Shown: in pieces, positions 1-13,297 of the stretch | Position numbering within the stretch: the stretch's first letter is position 1 | How the letters are laid out: every line of letters starts with the position of its first letter | Source: Eledone cirrhosa | Taxonomy: Eukaryota | Length of the DNA stretch: 64,000 nt | Reading direction: 5' to 3' | Assembly: GCA_964016885.1 (NCBI GenBank) | Contig: OZ024755.1 | Span: forward strand, 13,268,001-13,332,000 | The notes under the pieces: generated by a model | Databases searched by the model: none | Seen by the model: the letters and a program-made list of their open reading frames with translations, nothing else | What the model was told of the DNA's origin: nothing | Translations under genes and position numbers: made by a program

Positions 1-886
1 TAGCAGAAAGATAATGTAAAGGGTTTTAAATTAACAGGGACCTTGTTATGTCTTGTGGGATCACAGATTTGTTCCTCTCCAAGACACAAGCCTATGGCAA
101 GGTCTATGTGGAAAAGTAGCTGTTACCAATACCTGTATATCTCATCTCTCCACAACATTTATGACCGAGAGAAAGGCCAAGAGCAGACACAGCTTGGCAC
201 CGGTGCTATCACAAGTGAAGTGAGATGCCCATTCATTCCACTCACCTATCTCTATGCCAATGATATTCATCATCCTCATTTAATGACCATTTTTCTATGC
301 TAGCATGGGTTAAACAAGTATATTGTGAGGCAAGCAAGATCAGATGACCATGTCTTGCTCATATAGAACTGATTCTGGCTTGGCTTCTACGGCTGGATGC
401 CCTTCCTAACACCAACCACATTTACTGTGTGTATTTTCCAAGGGAAAAACAAAGACTGATACAGCTTGGCACATATGTTGTTGATAGTGATCTTTTCCAG
501 CTGAGTGGAATGGAGCAATGTGAAATAAAGTGTCTTCTTGTTCAAGGACAATGTGTAAGGTGGTTGGGGAATTTAACTAACAATCTTACGATCACGAATC
601 AAGCACTCTAACCACTAAGCCACACTTGTCATAAACTAATCATCATTATCATCGTTTAAAATCCATTTCCCACACTAGCATGGGTTAGATGAGTTGTCTT
701 GTTGTTACACAAGTCAGATCAGATGTCTACGTCTTGCTCATAGAGAACCGTTTCTGACTTGGTTGTATACGAGCAAGACACAACCATTAACCAGTCAGGG
801 AATAGAAGTACAATCTTACAGTCATGACCACAGCACTCCAACCACTAAGCCACACTTTTCATAAACTAATGTATTCCTATACTTAC

Positions 887-1084
887 CCGATGAACCATCA
901 AATCCACCAACAGCATAAATGAGATCATTGAGTAAAGCAACTCCCAATGTACTTCGACGTGCCTTCATACTCTGGCATGTAATCCAGACATCTTTGACAG
1001 GGTCATATGCATCAACTTCTCGTACCCTCAGTGAACCACTGAAGCCACCGACAACATACACCAAACCATTAACAACAGCTACCC
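887..1084 (-). CDS. KLHL2: KLHL2/3 exon (kelch repeats 2-3)
   Basis: GVAVVNGLVYVVGGFSGSLRV...YAVGGFDGSS; ttgcag / gtaagt. Confidence 0.92.
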
Positions 1085-4000
1085 CTGCAAGATGGAACAT
1101 ATTTAGTTTTAAGGACAGCAAAAACACTCATCTTTCTTTACCGATGTCTATCTACAATATGTAAAGATGTAAAGAATGATAAACTATCTTATGGAGCAGA
1201 GTTTCAGTTGTGAAGCAGATGTTTTTTACTATTATCTCACCCACATTTATCTTTTTAACACTTTCATGACTGTATTTCTAATGAAATACACTCTATTCCA
1301 ATTAATTAAGAAAGAATTTTGAAGGTTTTACTAAAATTATTATTATTTCATTACTAAGGCGGTGAATTGGCTGTATTGGTAGAGCATCGGACGACATGCT
1401 TTGTGGCATAGAGTTACGACCCTTTCGGTTCTGAGTTTGAGTCGCGCCAGGGTCAACTTTGCCTTTCACCCTTATGTGGTTGATAAAATAAAGTATCAGT
1501 CAAGTACTGGGGTTGATATACTTGACTTTTCTCTCCCCCCAAATTACTGGCCTTGTGCCTAATGTACCACTTTACAATGTGGACTGAGTGCTTTTTGTCA
1601 TGGCACCAACACAACCACCTTACAATGTGGACTGGGTGCTTTTTTACATGGCACCAACACAACCACCTTACAATGTGGACTGCGTGCTTTTTTACATGGC
1701 ACCAACACAACCACCTTACAATGTGGACTGGGTGCTTTTTTACATGGCACCAACACAACCATCTTACAATGTGGACTGGGTGCTTTTTGTCATAGCACCA
1801 ACACAACTACCGTACAATGAAGACTGAGTGCATTTTATCACAGCACTTTATAGAGTGCACTGGGTGTATTTTATCATGTAGTTTGTAATAGATTTACACA
1901 AGTTCGAAGAAGAAGAAGAAGAAGAAGTTCTAATATAATAATAGCAAATTACATTTGTAACTAAAAAAAAAATTCAAAGGTTTGAAGGATTAAACTGAAA
2001 AAAAAAAGAATGAAACAAAATCCAAGTTATTTACCACAACGGCACCGACGCAGGGGCATCTCAGCTAACTGATACCAACGTTCCTCTTTAAAATCATAAC
2101 ATTCTACACTTTTTATTGCTTTTGGTGCTTGTCCTCCAAGAACCACCAACACCTATAACAAACCAATAAAATAATATGTCGATACAGAGATGACATAAAC
2201 AACATGGAAAGGAAGAAGAATTATGAGGGTCAACTGAAAAGTTCATAGGCTGATCACAATATTCAACTGGAACTTTATCAACTTCAAAAAGATGAAAGGC
2301 AAGTTGACATCAGTGATTTGAACTCAAAGAAAACATAGAGACTGAATAAAGACTGTAAAAGAATTCTATCCAACATTCTAACGATTTTGTCACTTTACAA
2401 CCTGTCAGATTTATAATACAACAAAAAAGGTAAAATTCAACTGTTGTTACCTTTGGTAATCCAATTGGAGTTCTTGGCAAAGTCCTAGGTGTTTTAAAAA
2501 GTACCTTCTGTTCAGCTTTAAGAAGATGGTACTTCATTGCTTCGATTAAAAGATCTTTACACTGTGTATTTGATTTAATCATTGGTTCACATTCAACTCT
2601 TTGAACTAGGAATTCTTGAGACATTAATGGTAAGCGGACATGTTCCATCAGTTCAGCAATGCTAAGTTGTCGTTTCTGTGTATCATGCTCAATCCAAGAT
2701 AGGACAGCTTCAAAGACCTAGAGAAGAACAGAACTATTATTCTTTTATTCATTTCAATTATTATATACAAGGGGATTTGAAAAGTTCATAGGCTGACTAT
2801 GAAGGAGTGATGCTACAGCTGTGAAATCTTGCATGTTCCTATTGCCTCAAAGTCACATTCCATGTTCCTATTATTTGAAAGTCAAACTTCTCATTTCATT
2901 TCCAGTAATTGTGTGCTGTAGCATGGATTAGTTGAGTTTGTTCAGCACTAATTAACAACACTATAGAAAGATAGAAGCAGTATATTGGTAAAGAATGACT
3001 AAATGTAAAGTTACTTACCTGTTCCTCTGATGGAACTGTAAGTCTATCACTAGCAATAAGCTTAGACACTTGGGAAGCAGTTAATGATAGAAATTCATCA
3101 TAGTAAACAACTTCGCTGAAAGAAAAATGTTGCTTTCATTAATGTTGTGCACATTAATCCATCAACAAAAAAAAATTTAATCACACTGCACTTTATTATA
3201 CCAATGCATTAGAAAAAAGTAGTTTCAGAAAAAAAAACAATAGTGTATCATCATCTCATCATCATCATCTTCGTTTAACGTCCGTTTTCCACGCTAGCAT
3301 GGGTTAGATGGTCTATGTATGTATATATATCTAAATATATATTCTTACAGAATATAAAACTAGGAAAACACAGATTAGCTGGTTTAACAAGATACAGTTA
3401 ATCTAAACTAAACACTACACCAAGATACACCAGTCTTAGCTAAATACTACATCAAGATATGAAACAGTCCTCCAGACTTTTTTCCTGTAAAACGGAAACC
3501 CTAACCCTAATCTGGGAAAAAGAGTCGATAGCAATCCCTTGGCAGTCAGATTAGTTGATAGCATGCAAAAAAACTGAGGAAAAAAATTTTCCCCACTCAA
3601 ATTGAAAAGGGTGGGGTGTTTTTCTATGATGATACCAAGAAGAAAAACTACATACCTAAAATGTTGTTCTATGTAGGTCTGTGTGTAATTGAGAAGTTCT
3701 GCACAGTCATGGAGATCAGCGAAATCTTTGATGCCAAGGCAATTGGAAGGATGGAGTTGACTTTGAAGAAATTCACAGCAAGCTTCTTGGACCTCAGTTA
3801 ATTGAAGTAGATTGGAGGCTGGTAACAACGTCTGTAGTTTGAAATAAATACATCAGTTTATAGGAGATTTAATTAGCATCATCATCAGTTTTATGTCTAT
3901 AACTAATTGCTGAGCAGCAGGATTTTTGTGTTTTATATATATATGCATATATATATATTTATTAAAATAACAGATTAAAGTTTAAGCAAAGAAATAAGCA

Positions 4001-4898
4001 GATGTTCAAAAAGTTATCTGTGACCCTTGCAATAAAAAAAATGCATTGACTGTCTGGTTGCTTATGACTCATCCTGTACTACAACTTATCTGTTTTAGAA
4101 ATTCCTATAATATTTAGAAGTATGTATATTCCATCTCACCTGTACGTTGTCCTCAGTCACATGTATTTCTGATGTATATACAAAATCTATTAGCATGCTT
4201 AAAGCAGCAGGGTCTATTTGATGCAAGGTCACCTTCTCAGCTTTCGATTCAGCCATTTCGGCATTAAACATAGCATAGAAGTAAGGACTACATGATGCAA
4301 GCACTGCACGATGTGCCAAGATTTCGGTGTCTCCTGCAAGTAAGGTGACATCACACAGTTTCCCCATTCTGAAAATATAAACAGTTCTTACAAAAAACTT
4401 GAAGTGGGTGTCATAGCAAAAAAACAAAACAAATAAAAACCCATTAAAAAGACCTGCAGTGATTGGAAATAATTTCAAGATGTGTTTCATTTGATATTTG
4501 CAAGGTCCCGTAACTCCTGATGGAGTTGCAGTGGCGCCATATTGACATATGGCAGGGAAGAAGAATTATGAGTGTCAGCTGAAAGGTTTATAGGCTGACA
4601 ATGAAGGTGTGATGCTAGAGCTGTAAACTCTTGCATGCATTAATTTCAACTCTTATCAATAACTGCATTGTTTGTTTCCAGGGACTATGTTGAAAATAAA
4701 CCTTATTTAGTCATCCTTGGTTAGCCTATGAACTCTGCAGCCAATCCTCGTCATATACATAGACATATAGGAAATAACTTAAAAGAACACTTACTTTCTC
4801 ATTTGGTTCAGTTTTTCAAATGCTTGCTCTGAATGTTGTTTATTTTTATAAGCTGGATGTTCATGGCCAGCTAACATCTTAGGTCGACGAATATCCAT
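887..4898 (-). CDS. KLHL2: Kelch-like protein 2/3 (Drosophila kelch-like; BTB-BACK-Kelch), 5' part; gene continues beyond the left edge
   Basis: Seven phase-compatible GT-AG exons: 4898-4795, 4368-4140, 3831-3656, 3115-3019, 2717-2451, 2152-2035, 1084-887. They give MDIRRPK...LCDVTLLAG..AHRAVLASCSPYFYAMF (BTB), HPSNCLGIKDFADLH (BACK), VVLGGQAPKAIKSVECYDFKEERW..RRCRCGV..GGFSGSLRVR..RRSTLGVA (KLHL2/3-type kelch repeats). An in-frame TAA lies just upstream of the ATG. KLHL2 and KLHL3 cannot be distinguished (likely co-ortholog). Confidence 0.9.
1563..1880 (+). repeat. ~41-bp minisatellite (accactttacaatgtggactgggtgcttttttacatggcaccaacaca), a tandem expansion of a SINE-internal segment
   Basis: About 7 visible units. 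Related expansions at ~25330-25600, 26958-27130 and 31655-31925. Confidence 0.85.
2035..2152 (-). CDS. KLHL2: KLHL2/3 exon (kelch repeat 1)
   Basis: VLVVLGGQAPKAIKSVECYDFKEERWYQLAEMPLRRCRC; ttatag / gtaaat. Confidence 0.92.
2451..2717 (-). CDS. KLHL2: KLHL2/3 exon (BACK)
   Basis: VFEAVLSW...MEHVRLPL...RTPIGLPK; ctctag / gtaaca. Confidence 0.92.
3019..3115 (-). CDS. KLHL2: KLHL2/3 exon (BACK)
   Basis: EVVYYDEFLSLTASQVSKLIASDRLTVPSEEQ; ttcag / gtaagt. Confidence 0.9.
3656..3831 (-). CDS. KLHL2: KLHL2/3 exon (BTB end/BACK)
   Basis: TLLPASNLLQL...YIEQHF; ctacag / gtatgt. Confidence 0.92.
4140..4368 (-). CDS. KLHL2: KLHL2/3 exon (BTB)
   Basis: MGKLCDVTLLAG...VTEDNVQ; ttttcag / gtgaga. Confidence 0.92.
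4795..4898 (-). CDS. KLHL2: KLHL2/3 first coding exon (exon starts at 4917)
   Basis: Acceptor cctgtttccccag; ATG at 4898; MDIRRPKMLAGHEHPAYKNKQHSEQAFEKLNQMR; donor gtaagt. Confidence 0.8.
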
Positions 4899-7127
4899 GC
4901 TTTAACTGAGCAGGATTCTGGGGAAACAGGTATGGTAGACATGAATTATTAATGTAAATGTTTGAATAAAAAACAGAATTAATGAGCTAAAGGAGTTGAG
5001 AGATTATATCTTTAGAATGACCAGTGGTTTAGCTGTGAAATGGCAGTTGCCATGTATAGTTAGTTGTTTTGGTATTGTGGTAGTGTTATAGTGCTGTTGT
5101 GGTGTTGTAGTGGTCTAAGTACACTAGTGAGTGCATGTCACCATTGTGCTGGCTTTTCTAAAACACTGGGTAGAATGCTTTGCAGTATTCGTTTTAGCTC
5201 TCTGCTCTGTGAGTTCAAATCCCACCAAAGTCAACTTTGCCTTTCATCCATTCAAGGTCCATAAAAAAGTAACAGTTAAGTACTAGGGTAGATTCTTCCT
5301 CTATACCTCTTTTTCAATTCCATTCCCCCAGTCTCTATTCTTCCCTGGAAGAAATCTGCAGTATTCAGACTTGGAGAGAAGATGCTTTATGCCAGGTTTA
5401 AAAATGCCCAAGAAATGCCATATGTCAATATGGCACCCCTACAACTCCCTCAGGAGGTATGGGACTATGCATGCGTGCAGGTATCCCTAAAAAGACAAGA
5501 TGGTCCTAGATGGAATGCCGATCATGTAATCAGTTTTAGGACCACATTTTCTAATAATACAAAACACAGTACAATAAATCTTTGGTATAACAGACCAAAT
5601 AATTTAGGCATAAGGCCAGCAGTTTGTGGGGCAAGCGAAAATCAATTATAACAACCCAGTAATTGGTACTTTATTTTATTTACCTTAGAAGAATAAGGTT
5701 GGGATTTGAACTCAGAACATACTACAACTGGTACTACTACTACTACTGCAAATAATGGTTTCTGATTTAGGCACAAGGCCTTAGGGGGAGGGAAAGCCGA
5801 TTAAATCGACCCCAGTAAAGCTAACCATGGTGGGATTTGAACTAAGAACGTAAATGGTCTTAACTCTATGCCGAAGAGCATGGTATCCGACACTCTACCA
5901 ATCCATAAGAGCCTACATATAGGGGACAACACAAAAAGTGGAGGGTTTACAAAAAAAAAGAGTAAAAAAATCAATACACCAATAACCATAAAAATACAAA
6001 CAAAATACTCAACTACACTGTCAAAAAGGCAACGTAAAAATTACAAAGCTCATTCGATTTAGCAGACGATAGATAATAATTGTTTCTATTTTAGGCATAA
6101 GGGCAGCAATTTTGAGGGAGGAGAAAGCCGATTAAATCGACTCCAGTGCATTGTTAGTACTTTATTTTATCGACACCGTAAGGATGAAAAGCAAAGCTAA
6201 CCTCGGCAGGGTTTGAACTCAGATCGTTAAGGGGCGTAACTCTATGCTATAAATCATGTCCGACGCTTTACCGATACTGCCAATCCACAGATAATAATTG
6301 TTTCTACTTTAGGCACAAGGCCACCAATTACCCAGTTCATTACTGGTACTTTATTTTATCGACAAGGTAAGGGACAATATATTTCCCCCTCTAAATCCAT
6401 TAAATCGAAGTTTTGATATACTAACAATTGCTGAAACGTTTGTTTTTCTCAGTGAATAAAAACACTGAGAAATACATGAATGACACAGCATTTTAATCTT
6501 CTCTAAAAGTCTCGGGTTCTTCCATATTCAGCATACAGACAACTAGAATGATGTATAAAAATCAGAATGATCAGATATTCGACAAAAAAAAAAAAAGCTA
6601 TGAGAAGCAATAGAATTACCCCAATAGCTTTAAATACCAACAGTTGCAGACTAATTGTCGCTGCCAACACCGTTTAGCTGGGTCATTTAACCAAACATGA
6701 ACATTCAATTATTTTAGGGTTCAACCTACTACCACCACCCATTGCCGAGAAATATGTCAATAGCAAGTATATTAAAATGTCATTAGCTATCAAGAAACGA
6801 TCTTAGTCAGTGCTTAGTTTCTCACCTACAAGCACTTAGTAATATGGCTGACTGCAAGAAAGTGGGGTGGGTTGAGGAGAGAGAGAAGGTGGTAAAAAAA
6901 TTGATAAATGATTTCTTTCCATGTGTGCGAGGAAGCCTTAACTTAATAAAGTAAAGGAAACGCTGAAGGTTTTGGGAACAGTATACCTTTTATCAAAAGC
7001 ATCGCGAATTAAAAGGGCTCGAACAAGAAAATCACACACACACACATATATATGTATATTCAAAAATATTTAAAGAAAATCAATCTACTTTCATTAAAAA
7101 CAGTTTTAATCATTTACAATTGTTTTA

Positions 7128-7332
7128 TATACAAGGGTAGACTGAAAAGTTCATGGGGTGACTATGAAGGAGTGATGCTTGAGTTGTGAAATCTTGCATG
7201 CATCAATTTCAACTCTTCTTATTAATAAATGCATCATTTCTATTTAGGGAGTGTTTTGAAAAATAAACCCTGTTTGGTCATTCCATGAGAGTATCTTGGT
7301 TAGCCTATGAACTTTTCAGTCAAAACTCTTAT
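7128..7332. mobile_element. Tc1/mariner-type MITE
   Basis: Inverted ends gactgaaaagttcat / atgaacttttcagtc flanked by TA. Partial copies near 2225, 2770, 4570-4750 and 45445. Confidence 0.65.
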
Positions 7333-9438
7333 GTATAGTAGAGTTAGTTAAGAACTTGCAGAAGTGCCGCATGCCAGTAAATAAGTAATTTTGAATAAAA
7401 GTAATTTAAAAAATCCCAGCTTCTTTAGTTAGTTAAACCAAATAAAGAGCTGAATAGAAACGTCATGTTTTTCCGAGGTACAGAGTAAGGTAAGATATTA
7501 GTTACGATGCTGAATAAGAGGTGGTTATCTTATAGAAATTACTAAACGTCTAGTAGGAGGTGGGTATGTCAATTCCCATAGCTGTACATCAGTAGAACTG
7601 TTACTTACGTACAGTCATTACATTACTCACATGTAAGTTTGGTGACTAATTTATTATACCTAACAGCAAGCTAGTTCTTTGTCAGCCTGTCTATACTGGC
7701 AAGGGCAGTGAGCAAGCAAACTTTATTATTATTTCTTTTTTTATTACTTACCATGTAAATATATTTTATACAAACTGTCAATATATTTAGTGGTGGGTTA
7801 GTTATATATACAAGTCGGTGATGGTTAAGGTTATATAGTAACTAAACTTACACGGTGATGAGAAATCGATTTAAAAAGAAGGTAATAAAGGAAAATATGT
7901 GCCAATGTATTAAGTGATTGATCAATGAGTGAGAGAGATGGTTGGTGGGACAAACGCAACGTGTACAAATATCTTGGGTACATTCAACTAAGTCCACATT
8001 CTCATAAGTAACATATTAGACATTTGATTATAGAAACTCCCTGCCCGAGAGAAAGGCATTTTGGGACTATGCAAAACTTATATTCCTGTATTTAACAGAG
8101 TGCAAAATGAATGAAGAAAAATAGAAGGGATTGATTTATTTTGCGACATTAATTTCTGTAAATTGTATGGTGAGAAACTTAGATACATAATGTACATCTA
8201 AGCTGTTGATTAATTATATATAAACACGAAGTCTCTCTCAGATTTATAAGAAAAAGTAAGATGGAAGTTAGAACATTTAGTTTTTCTCCATATCATTCGC
8301 ATATCAAAAACGACAGCAGCAGTTAGTCCGATATAAGAGCAATGCCAACAATCATGTTGTAATAGGTTTAATGTCGAAGTAACCTTTACCTTTATCAGTA
8401 CTACAGACTATCACAATAGTAATTATCATTTCTAACATAGGCATAAACCTACATCGATCCCATTATTTATCGACCCTCGAAAAATAAAAGAGGCAAAATT
8501 GGACCTCGTCGAGATTACAGAATGTAAAGAACCTAAAACAAATACCGCAAGTTAGTGTAAATTGGCTTACAAAACCACAAATACTGCAGATTTCCTATCT
8601 AGCTGCAGATGGTAATTCTTGTTGCTGCTTAAACTCCTTTTAAAGGCGTTCCAGCCTTGGCCATCCCATCTTTTTTTAATGAAAATCAGGAACTACATTA
8701 TACAATGTCTTCTTATAGTGGTGTTATTCCAGGGAGAGTTTGACGGCCTGTGAAGACTATGGGAACACCCTTTTCTTCCAGACAAAACCAATAACATTTT
8801 TTTAAAAAGGCATAAGCACCCTTATTGACTATAGAAATGAAAACCCTGCCTGATCTTCCGATCGGTAGAGCATCGTACTAAATGCCTGCGGTATTTAATT
8901 AGTATTTTATTTACGTTCTGAGTTCAAATGTTGCCGGCGTCAACTTTTCTTTTTTATTCTTGCGGGATTGATAAAACAAAATAGCACTCAAAATACTAGA
9001 GTAGATTTAAGGTATCCAAGATGTGAAAGGAATTTTAAAAGAAAACAAAAGGAAGTGAGGCGATCCCTATTATGGACTTAGTTTATAGGGGAGAGCTATA
9101 TCGCATTCACAGTACAGGTTGGACTTAAGTCCAGCAACATTGGAACTAGGCTATTTCCTGACCATGGAAAAATGCGAGAAAATAGAAATTAGCCTTTGAG
9201 GAAAGCCGATATAAACAGTATCGCCACCTCATTCCTAACAAACACACACACACACGTGTGTGCGTGTATCCAGAGTGAAATCGGGAGTAATTACAATTAA
9301 AAGGGTACTCAATATATTAGTAGAGTGTAAACATCATTATTTAATATCGAAATTTACCTTTCATCCTTACGGGGTCGATAAAATAAAGTACCAGTAATGC
9401 GCTGAGGTAATAGCTGGCCTTGTGCCAAAAGTAGAAAC

Positions 9439-9584
9439 AATTATTTAATATAGAAATGGCTTCTACAGGACTAAAACTGTTTCATTCGTATGAAATCACC
9501 AGGAAAGGAATGCGACATTCCTGATGATTTTATACGAACGAAACAGTTCTAGTCCTGTAGAAGCCATTTTTATATTAAATAATT
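9439..9584. repeat. Inverted repeat (~65-bp arms) carrying degenerate hammerhead-ribozyme cores; Penelope-like element remnant
   Basis: Arms are reverse-complementary. Right arm reads CTGATGA(9521)..GAAACAG..CTGTA. A third arm copy lies at 9914-9960. Confidence 0.6.
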
Positions 9585-10348
9585 ATATATATATATACAA
9601 TGCAAAATCACTGGAAAAAATACAATGTTTCCAAAAAATGTTGTTTATTTTAAAATTAAACCATTAAATATCTTTTTGTATTGTCTTCAGTTCTCTCACT
9701 TTGAATTATTAATACAAATTTAAAACGTGCCGGATTTTAGATTCGACTAGGGAAATGGTAATAAATTATAGTGTTTCTTTTATAAATCTTTGGATAGTTC
9801 TCTTAAACGATGTTTTTTTTAAAACATATATATATTCCCGAGTTGCGTCGGGAGGTAACCACAGTTAAAAAAAAAAGGTACTCAATACATTGGTTGAATA
9901 TATGCACCTTTATTGATGATTTCATACGAATGAAACAGGTCTAGTCGTGTAGAAGTCATTTATATATATATATATAAAGTTGTGTGCTAAGCAGTTGAAA
10001 TATATGAGAAAGTTATATTTGGATATACAAAGAATAAAGGTAACTGAGTATATATATGTACACGTTTTTAATACATTGGCATGTAAACATGTCAAATATG
10101 CGCATTTGCCTGTAAATTGAAAAAAAAAAAAAAGAAGCAAACAATACGTTTAATCGATTTTCAAACCTAGTTGAGTTTTCATCAAAAGGTATATATATAT
10201 ATCACCTAAACAACCACAAAGAAACACGCAACCGAGGAACTTATATATCCAATCGATTATTAATATGATATATATATATATATATTATATCATTTTGAAA
10301 AGTATACATATATCGTCTTAAAGAGAAGAAACAGACTTGGAAACTTAC

Positions 10349-10870
10349 TTGATTATCATCATTAAACGACAGCAACGAACCTTATTGAATAAGGATTGCT
10401 GTGACTGCTAAACCATTGTTAAATTTGCTTAGATTTCGTAAACAGTCGTCAACGCAATGAAGTAGCTGGCGGAGCGACATTCAATAATTATCTTTGACAT
10501 CAAAGCAATGAAGATCGTGACTTCTTAAACAATAAACGACAAACAGATATGTGTGTATATGGAGCTTGTAACATTCCCTTTTGTTTGAAATACGTCCTCG
10601 GAGATGTAATATATATTATTAGTGTTTGCGAAAGGACTAAGAATCTAAAAGGCTTTTCAAGTGCGCTACTAACGTATCGTTTCTTTCTGCTTTGGTTCCT
10701 TATCTAATTTTCTTTTCTCTTTCCTTCATCTAAACTATGAAAGTGTTAGAAAAAAATTGGCAATCGAGTCCGAATGGTATACATGTTTAAGAGAAAGAGA
10801 AATAACGCAACAGGAGACATCGACATGTACAGCGATTTCTACCACTGACAGTCACGTGATTACCTCGCTT
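10349..10870. promoter_or_regulatory. Putative KLHL2/3 non-coding first exon and (bidirectional) promoter
   Basis: Minus-strand donor gtaagt at 10348-10343. Unique, CpG-richer sequence. The first coding exon is preceded by an acceptor, so an upstream UTR exon is required. Confidence 0.35.
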
Positions 10871-11280
10871 TACTCACTAATTATAGTTTAGATTACATTT
10901 AATTTTTCTTTCTTTTTTTAAAAAATGATTTCATAACAATTATCTTCTCAACATGGTTTGTTAAAGTATAATTTTTATTTTGTGGTCAATAAAGAAAACA
11001 TTATTATTATTATTACGATTATTATTGCATTTGATTGTGATGTTTTCACTCTGTTTCTTCGTTGCATTCTAATATTTTATTCTCAATTTTCATAGTTATC
11101 TCCCTTTGTCTTCCTTCTTCTCCCTCCCTCTTTTTCTAATATCTTACTCTGTTTACACCTTTTCTGTTCGCCCGTCTTCTAAACATACTTCGAATTCACT
11201 TTTAAGAACTTCTCTCAACTTTAAATTTTTATCGTTTTCATTAAATTCCGATTGTTTGAATTGAAACCGATTGAAGAAAA

Positions 11281-11526
11281 CCAGAAATGGGTTAGTATTC
11301 TCATTATAAATATCTTATTAACTTAAACTGACTTCGTGGAAATATCCACCAGTCCCACGTTATGTCACGTTCACATACAAATATTTTTAATAAATCACGT
11401 TCACCAGAAATGGGTTAGTATTCTCATTATAAATATCTTATTAACTTAAACTGACTTCGTGGAAATATCCACTAGTCCCACGTTATGTCACGTTCACATA
11501 CAAATATTTTTAATAAATCACATTCA
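11281..11526 (+). repeat. 123-bp tandem duplication
   Basis: Units start at 11281 and 11404; two substitutions between copies. Confidence 0.9.
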
Positions 11527-12130
11527 CATCCTGAATATCGGCAATGCATAGGTGTTGGCCAATTCAATGCAGCTATGCTCCACTGGGGGCTGTGGCTATC
11601 ATCAGCATGCCAGAGCAGACAGTAGAACGTATACTGAGTGAGTACCCGGATCTCTGTTGACCTCACACCCTAATCCCACGACAAGTAGCTGGTTTTAGTG
11701 TTTGGAGAATGCCACGTGATTGCTGTCTTTTAGAAAAGAAGAAAAAGATAATTTTACTGAAGAAATTTTTGAGTTATGCTCTAAACATCATCTTACTAAT
11801 GAGAAAGTTTTATTTTATTAAATTCTTCAACTTTTTTATTTTATTATTTTCAAAATTAATTGAAACACATAAACAATGTTTTTCATTGAAATATGGTAGC
11901 AAAAGAGTTAAGCAGGTGTAATTATAGGGAGATTTGGTTATTATTTCTTGTAGGTCAACTGACTGGGTAGAGTCTCCACTATAAGGAATTATTGAATTAT
12001 TCTTTTACATATGTTCATTAAAAATTAATTTTTCTGTCTATATGAAGATATTAACTATTTACATCCTGTAAGGATTTAAAAGAAAATGTCTAAAAACTAG
12101 TTTGTTAATTCCAAAATTCACATTATAAAT

Positions 12131-12213
12131 TCACATTATAAATTTAAGTTTACAGCAAATTTTCAAAATGATCATTATGAAAAATTTGCTATAAACTTAA
12201 ATTTATAATGTGA
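12131..12213. repeat. ~83-bp AT-rich near-perfect palindrome
   Basis: tcacattataaatttaagttta...aatgatcatt...taaacttaaatttataatgtga. Confidence 0.85.
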
Positions 12214-13297
12214 TACAGTTATAGTGCTATTTGTACTTTTCAAGATTGTTTTGTTAATACAGTTTCATGTGGTACTGGACATAAAGAATTAATTTGAAAG
12301 AAGGTTCTTACATAAAAATATGACATAATGAAATCTTGTACTATTCAGTGCAATACAATTTGGTGGCAAATAAAGGTGTCAGTTAGAATGCCTTATAGTG
12401 TTAGTTCTAACTTGCTTGGATTGATAATGAAGCAAAAGATAAAAATAAACATAAGAATACATGTAAAGTGGTTGGTATTAGGAAGGACATCCAACTGTAG
12501 AACCCATGCCTAAACCAAGATGAATGTGAGTGAAACATGGACCCTGGTCGATCTAGGAAGTTAGTCCACACAATGTAAGGCTGAGATATGTATGAGATAT
12601 CTGCTGTGTTCTAGCATAAATACAGAAGTACAGAAGGAAAAATGGGACAAGGAAGGTCGCTTGACCACGTCTTGACCAAACAAAATATAATATTTTCACC
12701 AAAAACTGCCCTTTAAACACATGTCAGATGGATTACAATATTCATTATTACAATTACTTTCACTGTTCCCTGACAACTAGTACCAGTTTCAAGATAGAAT
12801 TATCTTAACGAAGTATATATAATTTGACTTGATTTTCGCCAACGAACCACGTGTGGACATGGACGGGGAAAAAAGAAAAAAAAAACAAAACAAATCACTA
12901 CATCCCTTAAGGATCGCAGTAAGTACTCCACAAAACATATAAACAACAATATAACGCAGATTTATATACAGATACATACCATATGCATATACACACACGT
13001 GAAAAGAAACGACACTATTGCGTGTGAGACACTATACCGTCCAATTTTACCAATTTACATTGGTAAAATATTTCTTAACATTGACTTCGCTTCTAACCCA
13101 CATACACCTTTTAATTATATATATATATACTAGCAGCTGAAAGTTAATAATTTGAAAAAAAAATATTATTGAAAGTTTACTATAAAGAAGCAGTATCAGG
13201 GGAAAAAAAAATAAAAAAAAACGTTATTCGCTGTTAATAAACAACTGCCTTCTACAGTACGTTTCATTTAACTTACGCAGCATATTTATTTGTTTAC

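Noticed and set aside
1-886. Kelch-type stop-codon readthrough as in Drosophila kelch
   Set aside because: The gene's 3' end lies outside the window; cannot be assessed
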